From NCBI GenBank assembly GCA_012730045.1, contig JAAYBR010000143.1, positions 26,785-90,784 on the forward strand: DNA of 64,000 nucleotides. The letters are read 5' to 3'. The position numbers were made by a program, and so were the translations under genes. This document shows positions 1 through 9,221 of this stretch, in pieces. This DNA comes from Candidatus Hydrogenedentota bacterium. Its GTDB lineage: Bacteria; Hydrogenedentota; Hydrogenedentia; Hydrogenedentales; CAITNO01. The notes beneath the pieces are model-generated. The model saw only the letters and a list, made by a program, of their open reading frames with translations, ran no database searches and was not told where the DNA came from. Position 1 is the first letter of the stretch. The number at the start of each line of letters is the position of its first letter.

Positions 1-91
1 AAAGTATAAAACAGAAGGCGGCGGCGTTCCAAGAGCGCGGAAACGGCCCGGGTCGCCGGATAAAATGGGCGCGCGCCGGAGCGGCGGCGGG

Positions 92-165
92 CACGAGATT
101 GCTTCACTTCGTTCGCAATGACGCGGAGACACACGTCATTGCGAACGAAGTGAGGCAATCTCGTG
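92..165. repeat. long perfect hairpin element (family 2, copy 1)
   Basis: 32-nt arm CACGAGATTGCTTCACTTCGTTCGCAATGACG, a 10-nt loop, then the reverse-complement arm. The only mismatch is a G.U wobble position. It lies immediately downstream of the 218..1015 minus-strand gene. Confidence 0.6.
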
Positions 166-217
166 TCAGAACGCCCCAAGTCTGCCGCATCCCGCGGGTG
201 AACCGGCATGTTCGCCG

Positions 218-1015
218 CTATTTCTGAACGTCTTTCCCGGAGGAATCGGGGACGGTGACGGACAGCATGCCGACATACAGGCCGCCGGGGCCCGTGCGGT
301 CCATCTCGGGCGTGTAGAAGGCCGAGAGCGCGCCGTCCAGATACAGCGCGTCGCGGCATTTCAGCTCATCGCGGAAGAAGAGCGCGAAGTCGTTGAAGTT
401 GACCGGGCTGAGAGACAGCACGAACACCGCCTCCGTCTCCGAGCGCATGCCCACGCCGCTGCGGACGTACAGGCTGTCGGAGTCCGGGAGGAACCGCGGG
501 TGAATCTCGCCGTTGGACAGGAGCAGCGGCCCCGACTGCACCGCCAGGTCGGGCTTTATTTTGAGGGCGGCGTAGGCCTCCGTCTCCATGACCCGCCCCT
601 TGCGGTCCTTCATGAAGAAGACGCCGTTGGGCTTCAGGAAGAAATTGCCCCCGCCCTGTTTCCGGTTGAGGGGCTCCATCTCCCTGCCGTTCTCGACATG
701 CAGACCGAGGGGCGTGTAGTCCCGCGCATAGATGCCCGCGTTCGCGGCGAAGATCAAAAAACGGCCCTGTCCGGACAGGTAGTCCCGCAACGCGTGGAAA
801 TGGCACAACGGCGTGCCGTCCTCCCGTTTCCAGTGGAGCGCCAGGTCCGCCGTGTCCAGCGGCACTTGTACTATGAGGTACCGGACGCCCTTGCTGGAGC
901 CCCTGTTTACCACCCGCACCACGCCTGACGGGGAGACTGGAACCACATCCCCCGGCGTCCAGAGGGTGCCCGGGACCAGCAACAGCAGGACCAGCGGCGG
1001 CAAAAACCGTTTCAC
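218..1015 (-). CDS. secreted phosphodiester glycosidase family protein (NAGPA-like domain)
   Basis: 265-aa ORF with N-terminal signal peptide (MKRFLPPLVLLLLVPGTLW). Motifs FAANAGIY, NFFLKPNGVFF and LAVQSGPLLLSNG resemble the phosphodiester glycosidase (uncovering-enzyme-like) fold. It lies 40 nt downstream of the lipoprotein gene on the same strand. Confidence 0.5.
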   Translation of the reverse strand: MKRFLPPLVLLLLVPGTLWTPGDVVPVSPSGVVRVVNRGSSKGVRYLIVQVPLDTADLALHWKREDGTPLCHFHALRDYLSGQGRFLIFAANAGIYARDYTPLGLHVENGREMEPLNRKQGGGNFFLKPNGVFFMKDRKGRVMETEAYAALKIKPDLAVQSGPLLLSNGEIHPRFLPDSDSLYVRSGVGMRSETEAVFVLSLSPVNFNDFALFFRDELKCRDALYLDGALSAFYTPEMDRTGPGGLYVGMLSVTVPDSSGKDVQK

Positions 1016-1055
1016 ACACCACCCCTTTGAACGCGCCGCGCGCGGCGCAACGGGA

Positions 1056-1724
1056 TCAGGGCACCGAGACGACGGGGACTTCAGCCCGCATCCGCGCGAC
1101 CACCTGCCCGGCCATTTCCGGGGGGAGAGCCTCGCTCCAGTTGCTCCGGGTGACGGCGAGCACGGCCGGCAGCTCGCCGGCCGCAGGATCCGCCGCCTCC
1201 ACCGCGCCCGGCCCGATCACGCAGAGGCCGGTGTCCAGTTCCGCGCGGCTGAAGGGGACGATTCCCTCGCCGTTCACCTCAACCGTGACCTTGTCGTTCT
1301 GATGTCCGGTCCAGGAGACATTGAACCCCGCCGCGCGGGAAAGCCGTGCGTCCGGGGCGGGCTCGGTCACCTCCAGGGCCAGCGGCGCGAAGACGTTTGC
1401 CTCATAGGAGGCGTCCCGCCGCTTGAAGACAAAGGTGTACCCCTCCGCCGCGGGGATCTCCGCGGAGTAGTAGTCATACGACTCCTCCTCCTGGCGGACC
1501 AGGGGGACCTCGTTCACCAGAATCTCGTCCCGCCCGCCCAGGAAGAGGAAGACATCGCCGCCGCTCACGCTGAAGGTGGCCTTGGCGACCGTCTTCTCCG
1601 GGGTGGTGACCACCTCGAAAAACACCGAAATCTCGCTGACGTCATAGAAAGTGGACCGCTGGTTCTTGCATCCCGCCGTTAGCAGGACGCATCCGACGGC
1701 CAGGGCAACGGCGCAGGCGCGCAT
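1056..1724 (-). CDS. hypothetical lipoprotein
   Basis: Track ORF 1056..1865 trimmed to the internal ATG at 1724, which is preceded by AAGGAGGAA. The N-terminus MRACAVALAVGCVLLTAGC is a lipoprotein signal peptide with a lipobox. I recognise no domain. Confidence 0.5.
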   Translation of the reverse strand: MRACAVALAVGCVLLTAGCKNQRSTFYDVSEISVFFEVVTTPEKTVAKATFSVSGGDVFLFLGGRDEILVNEVPLVRQEEESYDYYSAEIPAAEGYTFVFKRRDASYEANVFAPLALEVTEPAPDARLSRAAGFNVSWTGHQNDKVTVEVNGEGIVPFSRAELDTGLCVIGPGAVEAADPAAGELPAVLAVTRSNWSEALPPEMAGQVVARMRAEVPVVSVP

Positions 1725-1857
1725 GGCAGTTTCCTCCTTGGTGGGGGCGGACCGGAATCCGGCCCGACGCACCCCCATTCTGACAATCTGGCGGAAAAAA
1801 TGCAAGGCGTCCCCCCTGCTTGGGCATAATGGGGCGTTCCCCGGCCACAGGAGACCG

Positions 1858-3228
1858 ATGCCCATGAGTCAAACCCCCAGGGGGCGGATCGCGGCGCTCG
1901 CCGTCGGCGCACTTTGCCTTGCAGGGGCCCTCGCGCTTCTGCGCCTCACGCTTCCGGAGGGCGTGGCGCGCGAGACGGTCACCATCGCCGGACCGGGCGG
2001 CCGCGTCTGCGGCGGCACCCTGTGGCTGCCCCGGGAACCCGCCGCGGTCGTCATTCTCGGGCATGGCGTGACGGAGAACCGGGGCTGCATGGCGGCGCTG
2101 GCGAGACTCTTCTCGGCGAACGGGTACGCGGTGGCGGCGGTGGATTTCTGGGGACACGGCCGCTCGCGGGAGCCCTTCGACTGGGGGGCCAATCCGGAAC
2201 AGATTCACGCGTGGTGCGCCTGGGCACAGGAGCGTTTTCCCGGCCTGCCGCTGGGGTATGTCGGCCATTCCATGGGCGGGTTCGCGGGGACGGACGCCTT
2301 TGCGGAGGACGCGCACGGCGTGGGCGCCTTTGTTGCCCTGGGCGCCCTGCCCCGGCGGATCCCCAAGCCCAAGACCCTGATCGCCGCCGGAAGGTTCGAG
2401 GAGCTGTTCTCCGCCGAGCAGGCGCGGCAGAAGGCGGGCACACAGGCCGATGTGCTGATTTCCCCCCGGAGCAACCATGCCCTGGAACCGTGGGATTTTA
2501 CCCTGGGGTGGGGCATGGTGGAGTGGATGACCGCGGCCCTCGCCGTGGAGCGCCCCCTCTCCTTCTCCGCCGTCCGGCATTTCGCCGGGTTGCTCGCGGC
2601 GCCCCTGGGCCTGCTGGCGGCCTTCCTGCTGGCCGCCGTTGCCGCAGGCTGCGCCGCGCGCGCGAAGGCCGCCGAGACGCGCGCGCCCTTCGGCTTCGGG
2701 ATGCGGTTCTCGCCCTACCGCCCCGCTGCACGCCTGTTCGGATGCGGGAACCCGTCGGGGCTGGTGCGCGTCTCCCCTCCCCTGACCGCGCTGCTGCGCG
2801 CGGCCGCCTTCTGCGCCGTCTTTGTGCTGGTCCTCTCGCTGGTTTTCGACCGGCATTTCTTCACCTCCCTCCCCTTTCATCCCAGCCGCACGGTGAAGTG
2901 GCTGGGATTGGGATGCGTGTTCTCCGGTTTGGCCCTGCCGGACCTGTGGCTGCTTAACCGTGCCACGCCCAACCGGGGGGTGAGGCTTTTTCTCGTGGCC
3001 GCCCTCACGCGCATGTTCCCCTGGGTGCTTGGGGGGCTTGTCTTGTATCTCCTTGTGCCGGGGGCGGCGTTTGGCGGCATGATGCTCTTCATCCTGGCCT
3101 TCATCCTGGGGATGGTCTCCCTGGCCCAGGCGGCGGTGGTGCGGATGACCGGCGATCCGCGCGCCGGGGCGCTGGCGGCCGGGATGCTCGCAGCCTATGT
3201 GTTCGCGTACTGGTTTCCCGTCACCTGA
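1858..3228 (+). CDS. alpha/beta-hydrolase fused to a C-terminal polytopic membrane domain
   Basis: Track ORF 1651..3228 trimmed to the ATG at 1858 (GGAG 7 nt upstream; the longer 5' extension would overlap the convergent lipoprotein gene). It carries an HG motif (ILGHGVTENRG) and a nucleophile elbow GHSMGG. The C-terminal ~200 aa contain about 6 hydrophobic helices. Confidence 0.6.
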   Translation: MPMSQTPRGRIAALAVGALCLAGALALLRLTLPEGVARETVTIAGPGGRVCGGTLWLPREPAAVVILGHGVTENRGCMAALARLFSANGYAVAAVDFWGHGRSREPFDWGANPEQIHAWCAWAQERFPGLPLGYVGHSMGGFAGTDAFAEDAHGVGAFVALGALPRRIPKPKTLIAAGRFEELFSAEQARQKAGTQADVLISPRSNHALEPWDFTLGWGMVEWMTAALAVERPLSFSAVRHFAGLLAAPLGLLAAFLLAAVAAGCAARAKAAETRAPFGFGMRFSPYRPAARLFGCGNPSGLVRVSPPLTALLRAAAFCAVFVLVLSLVFDRHFFTSLPFHPSRTVKWLGLGCVFSGLALPDLWLLNRATPNRGVRLFLVAALTRMFPWVLGGLVLYLLVPGAAFGGMMLFILAFILGMVSLAQAAVVRMTGDPRAGALAAGMLAAYVFAYWFPVT

Positions 3229-3242
3229 CAAGGAGCGAGACA

Positions 3243-4181
3243 ATGGCAAAGAAATGGCGCGTGGTGAAGCGGGTCCTGGGGGCGCTTGTCGCGCTGGTTG
3301 TCCTGTTGGCCGCCGGCACGGCCGGCGCGCTGGGGTGGTTCCTCCACCGGACCCCCGGAAACGTGTTCGACTCGAACGGCGTGCCGATTTACTACACCGA
3401 CGAGGGGGCCGGCGAGCCGGTGATCCTGATCCACGGGGTGGCGGCGAACGCCGACCTCAACTGGCGCAAGCCGGGGGTGGTTCGGGCGCTGTCCCGGGAT
3501 TTCCGGGTGATCACCATGGACCTGCGGGGACACGGGCTGTCGGGAAAACCGACGGACCCCGCCCGGTACGGCATGGAGATGATCGGGGACATCACCCGGC
3601 TGATGGACCATCTGGGGCTGGAGAACGCGCATGTGGCCGGGTATTCCCTCGGCGGGTTTCTGGTCCTGAAACTGGTCACGACGCACCCCGAGCGGGTGCG
3701 CAGCGCGGCGGTTTGCGCCGCGGGCTGGTCCTCGCTGGTCAAGGAGCTGGATGACATTCCTGCGCCCTATGAGAAGCCTGTGCCGGTGCGCGAAAAACGT
3801 TCCGCACCCGCCGCCCCCCCGGCGGACGGCGCCTCCGGGGACTCCGCCCGGCCCGCGCCCAAACCGCCCAAGCCCCTCGTCCACCGGCTGCGCAGCGCCA
3901 TCGGGGATTTCGTGGTCGGCGACAAGACGCCCATCAAGGCCATGAAAAAGAGCTTTCCCGACCTGACGGTGGCGCGGGAGGAGATCGAGCGCAACCAGGT
4001 CCCCACCCTGTGCGTCATCGGCGACAACGACGGCCTGTACTATCTCGGCAAGGAGCTGGGCGAGATCATGGGCGCCGTGGAGTATGTGGAGTTGAAAGGC
4101 CCGAACCATCTGACCACCCCGGTGGACCGGCAGTTCAAGGAGACCCTGCGCGGGTTTCTGCTGCGTCAGCGGGCCGGGTAA
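3243..4181 (+). CDS. alpha/beta-hydrolase fold protein with N-terminal membrane anchor
   Basis: ATG at 3243 preceded by AAGGAG. Motifs ILIHGVAAN (HG) and GYSLGG (GxSxG). N-terminal TM helix. It sits 15 nt after the previous hydrolase gene, so the pair is probably co-transcribed. Confidence 0.7.
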   Translation: MAKKWRVVKRVLGALVALVVLLAAGTAGALGWFLHRTPGNVFDSNGVPIYYTDEGAGEPVILIHGVAANADLNWRKPGVVRALSRDFRVITMDLRGHGLSGKPTDPARYGMEMIGDITRLMDHLGLENAHVAGYSLGGFLVLKLVTTHPERVRSAAVCAAGWSSLVKELDDIPAPYEKPVPVREKRSAPAAPPADGASGDSARPAPKPPKPLVHRLRSAIGDFVVGDKTPIKAMKKSFPDLTVAREEIERNQVPTLCVIGDNDGLYYLGKELGEIMGAVEYVELKGPNHLTTPVDRQFKETLRGFLLRQRAG

Positions 4182-4297
4182 TTTCAGCGGGCAACAAGCC
4201 CTTCGCGGTTGGTTCCCGTTTTCCGCCTCCATGCTCTATAATGCCGGGAAACCCCCGGCCGCCGGAATCGCGGCCGCAGAACCCCAGGAGACCCACC

Positions 4298-5725
4298 ATG
4301 CCGAAGATTGCCATGATCGGAGCCGGAAGCATTGTCTTCGCCAAAACCCTCTTCAAGGACATCTGCGCCACCCCCGCGCTGCGGGACAGCGAGTTCCGCT
4401 TCATGAGCCGCACGACGACCAAGCTGGAGCGGCTCAAGGCGTACGCGGACCGGGTCATCGCGGAGAACAGCCTGAAGGCCACGGCGATGATCACCACGGA
4501 CCGCCGCGAGGCGCTGAAGGACGCGGACTTCGTCATCGCCATGCTCCAGATCGGCGGCGTGGAGGCCTTTGAGGCGGACTACACAGTCCCCCTGAAGCAC
4601 GGGGTGGACCAGTGCATCGGCGACACGCTGGGGCCGGGCGGCATCTTCCGCGCCCTGCGCACCATTCCCGAGATGCTCTCCATCGCGGCGGACATGAAGG
4701 AACTCTGCCCGAACGCGGTGATGCTCAACTATGTGAACCCCATGGCGGCGGTGTGCTGGGGGCTGGGGACCGTTCCGGGCCTCCAGTATGTCGGGCTGTG
4801 CCACGGCGTGCAGACCACGCTGGACCTCATCGCGGGCTATCTGGGCGTGCCGAAGCAGGAGATAGACTACCTCTCGGCGGGCATCAACCACATGGGCTGG
4901 TTCCTGAAGATGTCGCACAAGGGGCGGGACCTCTACCCGCGCTTCAAGGAGCTGTGCGAGAAACCGGAGTACTACATCAACGAAAAGGTGCGCATCGAGG
5001 TGATGCGGCATTTCGGCTATTTCATGACGGAGAGCACGGGGCACCTGTCGGAATACGTGCCGTGGTTCCGCACCAGCGCGGAGGGCATGGGCCGCTACTG
5101 CGATGAGCCGTCTTTTGGCGGCGAGACGGGCGCGTATTTCAAGTGGTGCCGCCTCATCGCAGACCAGTTGGAGAGCGTGGACATGTTGGCGGACGAGTCC
5201 GCCGTCCTCGACGGGCGCAGCGTGGAGTACTGCTCGTACATTCTGGAGGCGCTCACGACGGGCATCCCCTTCAAGTTCCAGGGCAACGTCCGCAACGAGG
5301 GATACATCACGAACCTGCCGATGGGCTGCTGCGTGGAGGTGCCGGTGTTCGCCGACAAGATGGGCCTGCACCCCACCTTCGTGGGGGCGCTGCCCTCCCA
5401 GTGCGCGGCCCTCAACCTCACGAACGTGAACGTGCAGGGGCTGTCGGTCGAGGCGGCCGTCTCCGGCGACCCGGAACTGGTCGTGGCGGCCTGCGCCCTC
5501 GACCCGCTCACCTCGGCCTGCCTCACCCTCAAGCAGGTGCGCGACATGGTCGCCGACATGCTGGAGGCCGAAAAGCAGTGGCTGCCGCAGTTCGCGGGCA
5601 AGGCCCTCCGGCCCACGCCGCACATTGACACGCCCCCCGGAACGGCCCACGCCTCTGTGCCGCTGGACCCGGCCCTCGCCGTGGTGCACCGCTTCGGGGA
5701 GCTGGCCCGGAAGGCGTCCTCGTAA
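4298..5725 (+). CDS. glycoside hydrolase family 4 alpha-galactosidase / alpha-glucosidase-like (NAD+/Mn2+-dependent)
   Basis: Track ORF 4010..5725 trimmed to MPKIAMIGAGS at 4298. The N-terminal Rossmann motif IAMIGAGSIVFAK and the conserved CHGV and GINHMGWF blocks are typical of GH4 (MelA/AglA-like) enzymes. Confidence 0.75.
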   Translation: MPKIAMIGAGSIVFAKTLFKDICATPALRDSEFRFMSRTTTKLERLKAYADRVIAENSLKATAMITTDRREALKDADFVIAMLQIGGVEAFEADYTVPLKHGVDQCIGDTLGPGGIFRALRTIPEMLSIAADMKELCPNAVMLNYVNPMAAVCWGLGTVPGLQYVGLCHGVQTTLDLIAGYLGVPKQEIDYLSAGINHMGWFLKMSHKGRDLYPRFKELCEKPEYYINEKVRIEVMRHFGYFMTESTGHLSEYVPWFRTSAEGMGRYCDEPSFGGETGAYFKWCRLIADQLESVDMLADESAVLDGRSVEYCSYILEALTTGIPFKFQGNVRNEGYITNLPMGCCVEVPVFADKMGLHPTFVGALPSQCAALNLTNVNVQGLSVEAAVSGDPELVVAACALDPLTSACLTLKQVRDMVADMLEAEKQWLPQFAGKALRPTPHIDTPPGTAHASVPLDPALAVVHRFGELARKASS

Positions 5726-5782
5726 AACCACTTTCCCGGCGGCCGCCAAAGGCCCCGGGGCCAACGTTTGGGAGTCAGGAAC

Positions 5783-7075
5783 ATGGTGAAAAAAAGCAGC
5801 GTGAGCCGCCGCGCCTTTCTGGCCGGGGCGGCGGGCGCGGCGGCGGGAAGCCTCCTTCCCCGGACCGCCCGCGCCACACAGGCGGCCCGCAGGGTCCCGC
5901 CGAGTGAGAAGGTCCGCGTCGCCGTCATCGGCACGGGCGGCATGGGGTCGCGCCACATCGAGGCGCTGATCAGCAACCCGAACTGCGACCTGGTGGCCCT
6001 GTGCGACGCGGCCAAGGGCCGCTACATGCCCGTGCTGGACAACGTCGAGAAGCTGTCCGGCCGGCGGCCGGACGGTTATCAGGACTTCCAGCAGGTGCTG
6101 GACCGGCAGGACATAGACGCCGTCTTTGTCGTCACGCCGGACCACTGGCACCCCCTGCTCACGATTCTGGCGTGCCAGGCGGGCAAGGACGTTTACGTCG
6201 AGAAACCCGTCTGTCCGACCGTGCGGGAGGGGCGCGCCATGGTGGAGGCCGCCCGCCGCTACGGGCGCGTGGTGCAGGTGGGCACGCAGCAGCGCTCCAT
6301 GCCCGTGTTCCAGAAGGCCATTGACATCGTCCAGAGCGGCCGCCTGGGCACGATCACCCACGCGGGCGCCTGGGTCGGCGTGAACGAGTGGCAGACGGGG
6401 GACACGCCCGCCGAGCCGCCCAAGGGGTTTGACTGGGACAGGTGGCTGGGGCCCGCACCCTGGGTGCCCTGGTCCCCCGAGCGCATGAGCTGGATGGGCT
6501 GGCACGACTACGCGCGCGGCGGCCAGCTCACCAACTGGGGCGTCCACCTGATGGACATCGTCCAGTGGGGCATCCGCCAGGACCGGCCGCTGAGCGTGCA
6601 GGCCCTGGGCGGCAGCTATCTCGGGAACGCCGGGCAGGACAACTACAACACCATTGAGGCGATCCTGGAGTATCCCGGGTGCACGGTGACCTGGGAGCAG
6701 CGCCACAGCAACGCCAACGCGAACAAGGGGTACGGCATCACGTTCTCCGGCACGCAGGGCAGGCTGTTCGTGGACCGGGGCAGTTTCGTGGTGGAGCCCG
6801 AGGGCGTCGGAATCAAGGAGTGGGTGGGCGAGCCCGAGAAGAGCTGGGCCTACCCCCCGCATCACGACAACTTCTTCGAGTGCATCAAGACGCGCCAGCG
6901 GCCCGCCGCGGACATCGAGCAGGCCTTCCGCACCACCACCGCCGTCCTGCTCGCGGGCATATCCCTCAAGGTGGGAAAGAAACTGCACTGGGACGGCGAA
7001 ACGGAAACCTTCCTCAACGACGAGCAGGCCAACAGGCACCTCACGCGGGACTACCGCGCGCCGTGGCACCTGTGA
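5783..7075 (+). CDS. Gfo/Idh/MocA family oxidoreductase, Tat-exported
   Basis: ATG at 5783 (GGAG upstream). Twin-arginine signal SRRAFLAGAAGAAAGS. NAD-binding motif VAVIGTGGMGSRH and the Gfo/Idh/MocA signature HVYVEKP. Confidence 0.75.
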   Translation: MVKKSSVSRRAFLAGAAGAAAGSLLPRTARATQAARRVPPSEKVRVAVIGTGGMGSRHIEALISNPNCDLVALCDAAKGRYMPVLDNVEKLSGRRPDGYQDFQQVLDRQDIDAVFVVTPDHWHPLLTILACQAGKDVYVEKPVCPTVREGRAMVEAARRYGRVVQVGTQQRSMPVFQKAIDIVQSGRLGTITHAGAWVGVNEWQTGDTPAEPPKGFDWDRWLGPAPWVPWSPERMSWMGWHDYARGGQLTNWGVHLMDIVQWGIRQDRPLSVQALGGSYLGNAGQDNYNTIEAILEYPGCTVTWEQRHSNANANKGYGITFSGTQGRLFVDRGSFVVEPEGVGIKEWVGEPEKSWAYPPHHDNFFECIKTRQRPAADIEQAFRTTTAVLLAGISLKVGKKLHWDGETETFLNDEQANRHLTRDYRAPWHL

Positions 7076-7089
7076 GCGGAGACACCCCC

Positions 7090-9195
7090 ATGAAACACCT
7101 TCCCCTTCTTCTGCTTCTGCTGGCGGCCTGCGCCGCCGTTTTCGCCGCGGAGCCCGGCCAGCCCGCGCCCACGCTGGACGCGCTGCTGAAGGACATCGCC
7201 GGGGACAATGGCCCGGCGCAGTCCCTGGCCCGGCAGCTGCTCCCCCGGCACGGCACGGCGGCGCTGCCGGGACTGGTCGCCCTGCTGGGCGACGAGCGCG
7301 ACCACGTCTGGCGGACCGCCGCCATGGTCATCAAGGACGTGGCCCAGCAGCCGCCCGCCGTGCTGATGGGCGGCGAGACGCCCCAGCCCCCGCGCAGGGC
7401 CGTGCTGGACGCCCTGCTGCCCTGCATCGCCCCGGACCGGCCCAGGCCGCTGATCGAGCGCGCCCTGGCCATCCTTCCGCTGGTGCTGGACGAGGAGACG
7501 GACGTCGCCCCCGTTGCCGCGCTGCTGGAGAATGCCGACCTGCGTGACCGCGCCAAGGCCGCCCTGCACGAGGCGGGCACGATGAAGGCCCTCCAGGCGA
7601 TGGCCCTGGCCGCCGCGGAGACCGCCAACGCCGATTTCCAGTACGCCCTGCTGTGCTCGCTGTTCAACCGGCAGCCGAAACTCGGGTCGGACGCGTGGTT
7701 CGCCGCCAAACTGCTGGAAAGCCCCTGGCCGAAGGTCCGCGCCGCCGCCGCCCGCATCCTCGCGGAAACCGGCCGGCCGGAATTCTGGCCGATGGTGCTC
7801 GCCTCCGCGCGCGCGACCGACGCGACCGCGCAGTTTGAGGCGTGGGACGCCTGCCTCCGCTATGCCGACACGGCGGCCCGCGCGGGGGGCCGCTGGGAGG
7901 AGGCCATGGCCCGCTACCGCACCGTGCTGGCGGAGGCGCCCGACACGGTCCTTAAGGGCGGCGCCATCGCGGGGCTGGGCCGCTTCGGCGATGATTCGGT
8001 CATCCCCGAACTGGCCGCGGTCCTGAACGACCCGAACGCCTCCCAGACCGCCTCTCCCGCCCTGGGCGCCCTGTGCAGTCTGCAGGGCCGCGCCGCGAAC
8101 CTGGGCCTGCTGGATGTGTGGGCCTCGCTCCCGCCGGACGCCGGGGCCGCCCTGCTGCTGAACTTCGGCGCCCGCCGCGACCCGGTGCTCACCCCCCTGC
8201 TGGTGGAGCAGGCGCAGAATGCCGACCCGGCGATGCGCGCCGCCGCGCTGGAGGGGCTGGTGCGCTCCGGCGCGCCGGAGGCCGCCCCCGTGTTGGCGAA
8301 GGCGCTGCTGGACGCCCCCGAGGCGGAGCGCCCGCCCCTGGAGGACCAGGTGCGCCGGCTGGCCAACGACCTGCGCGACCACAACCAGCCCGAGGCGGCG
8401 GGCCGTGCCTACCTTGCCCTCTACCGCACCACCGCCGACCCGGACCTCAAGGCCGCCGCCCTGGAGGGCGTCCGCCGGTATCCCGTGCCCGAGGCCTTTG
8501 ACATTGTCATGGACATGCTCGCCTCCGGCGACGCCGAATCCATGCCCGTCGCGGGCATGATCGGTGTGGCCATGGCGGCCATGGACGCGGGGAAGAAGGA
8601 GGAGGGGCAGAAGATTCTGGACACCCTCATGACCAAGATGGGCGACCCCGCCACGGCCGGCCAGGTGATTGACGCCCTCGGGCGCATGCCCGATCCCGGG
8701 CGCTACGCCGGACAGCTCGGCGCCATCGGGAAATGGAGGGTTGTCGGCCCCTTCGACTGGACCCCCGCCGAGGGCTTCGCCAAGACCTTCATCAACGAGC
8801 CGAACGTGGACCTTTCCGCCGCCTACGACAAGGGGCAGCAGTGGAAGCCCCTCGAAACCGGACATCTCGCCGGGCAGATGGACCTCACCGCACCCCTGGA
8901 AATGCGGGACAGCGCCGTCGCCTTCGCCCACTGTGTTGTCGTGGTGGACGCGGACATGGACGCCACCCTCCGCGGCGGCTCGGATGACGGCCTCAAGATA
9001 TGGGTCAACGGCGAGGTGGTGCACGAGAACGACGTGGACCGCGGCTATGCCCCCGACAGCGACGTGGCCCCCGTCAAGCTCAAGGCCGGGAAGAACGCCG
9101 TGCTGGTCATGATCTCCCAGCGCATGGGCGGCTGGAACTTCGGCCTGCGCCTGACCCGTCCCGACGGCACCGTGCCCGCCTTCACCGTGGAATGA
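7090..9195 (+). CDS. secreted HEAT-repeat protein with C-terminal jelly-roll (lectin/galactose-binding-like) domain
   Basis: Track ORF 6679..9195 trimmed to MKHLPLLLLLLAACAAVFAAEP (signal peptide) at 7090, 15 nt after the oxidoreductase stop. Repeated leucine/alanine-rich HEAT/PBS-lyase-like helices (DRAKAALHEAG, DPAMRAAALEGL, DPDLKAAALEGV). The C-terminus (KIWVNGEVV...GGWNFGLRL) looks like a beta-sandwich. Confidence 0.55.
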   Translation: MKHLPLLLLLLAACAAVFAAEPGQPAPTLDALLKDIAGDNGPAQSLARQLLPRHGTAALPGLVALLGDERDHVWRTAAMVIKDVAQQPPAVLMGGETPQPPRRAVLDALLPCIAPDRPRPLIERALAILPLVLDEETDVAPVAALLENADLRDRAKAALHEAGTMKALQAMALAAAETANADFQYALLCSLFNRQPKLGSDAWFAAKLLESPWPKVRAAAARILAETGRPEFWPMVLASARATDATAQFEAWDACLRYADTAARAGGRWEEAMARYRTVLAEAPDTVLKGGAIAGLGRFGDDSVIPELAAVLNDPNASQTASPALGALCSLQGRAANLGLLDVWASLPPDAGAALLLNFGARRDPVLTPLLVEQAQNADPAMRAAALEGLVRSGAPEAAPVLAKALLDAPEAERPPLEDQVRRLANDLRDHNQPEAAGRAYLALYRTTADPDLKAAALEGVRRYPVPEAFDIVMDMLASGDAESMPVAGMIGVAMAAMDAGKKEEGQKILDTLMTKMGDPATAGQVIDALGRMPDPGRYAGQLGAIGKWRVVGPFDWTPAEGFAKTFINEPNVDLSAAYDKGQQWKPLETGHLAGQMDLTAPLEMRDSAVAFAHCVVVVDADMDATLRGGSDDGLKIWVNGEVVHENDVDRGYAPDSDVAPVKLKAGKNAVLVMISQRMGGWNFGLRLTRPDGTVPAFTVE

Positions 9196-9221
9196 ACCCA
9201 AACGCATCTGGAGAAAACATC

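Noticed and set aside
1651-1857. Long 5' extensions of track ORFs (e.g. 1651, 4010, 6679, 9000, 25504, 30439, 35272, 41740-41654, 55096-55019)
   Set aside because: The extensions are low-complexity, lack an SD, and often overlap neighbouring genes. Internal ATG/GTG codons with SD motifs and family-typical N-termini (signal peptides, Rossmann folds) were chosen instead.
4184-7069. 961-aa minus-strand ORF, and similar giant antisense ORFs (1642..3249, 7051..9207, 15684..17741, 19293..21476, 22182..24614, 26191..28152, 39286..41097, 42891..44687, 51340..53172, 58703..60679, 61805..63991)
   Set aside because: They are Arg/Gly/Pro/His-rich low-complexity translations antisense to well-supported genes with clear family motifs and SD sequences. 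At ~70% GC the stop-codon-poor antisense frames stay open by chance.
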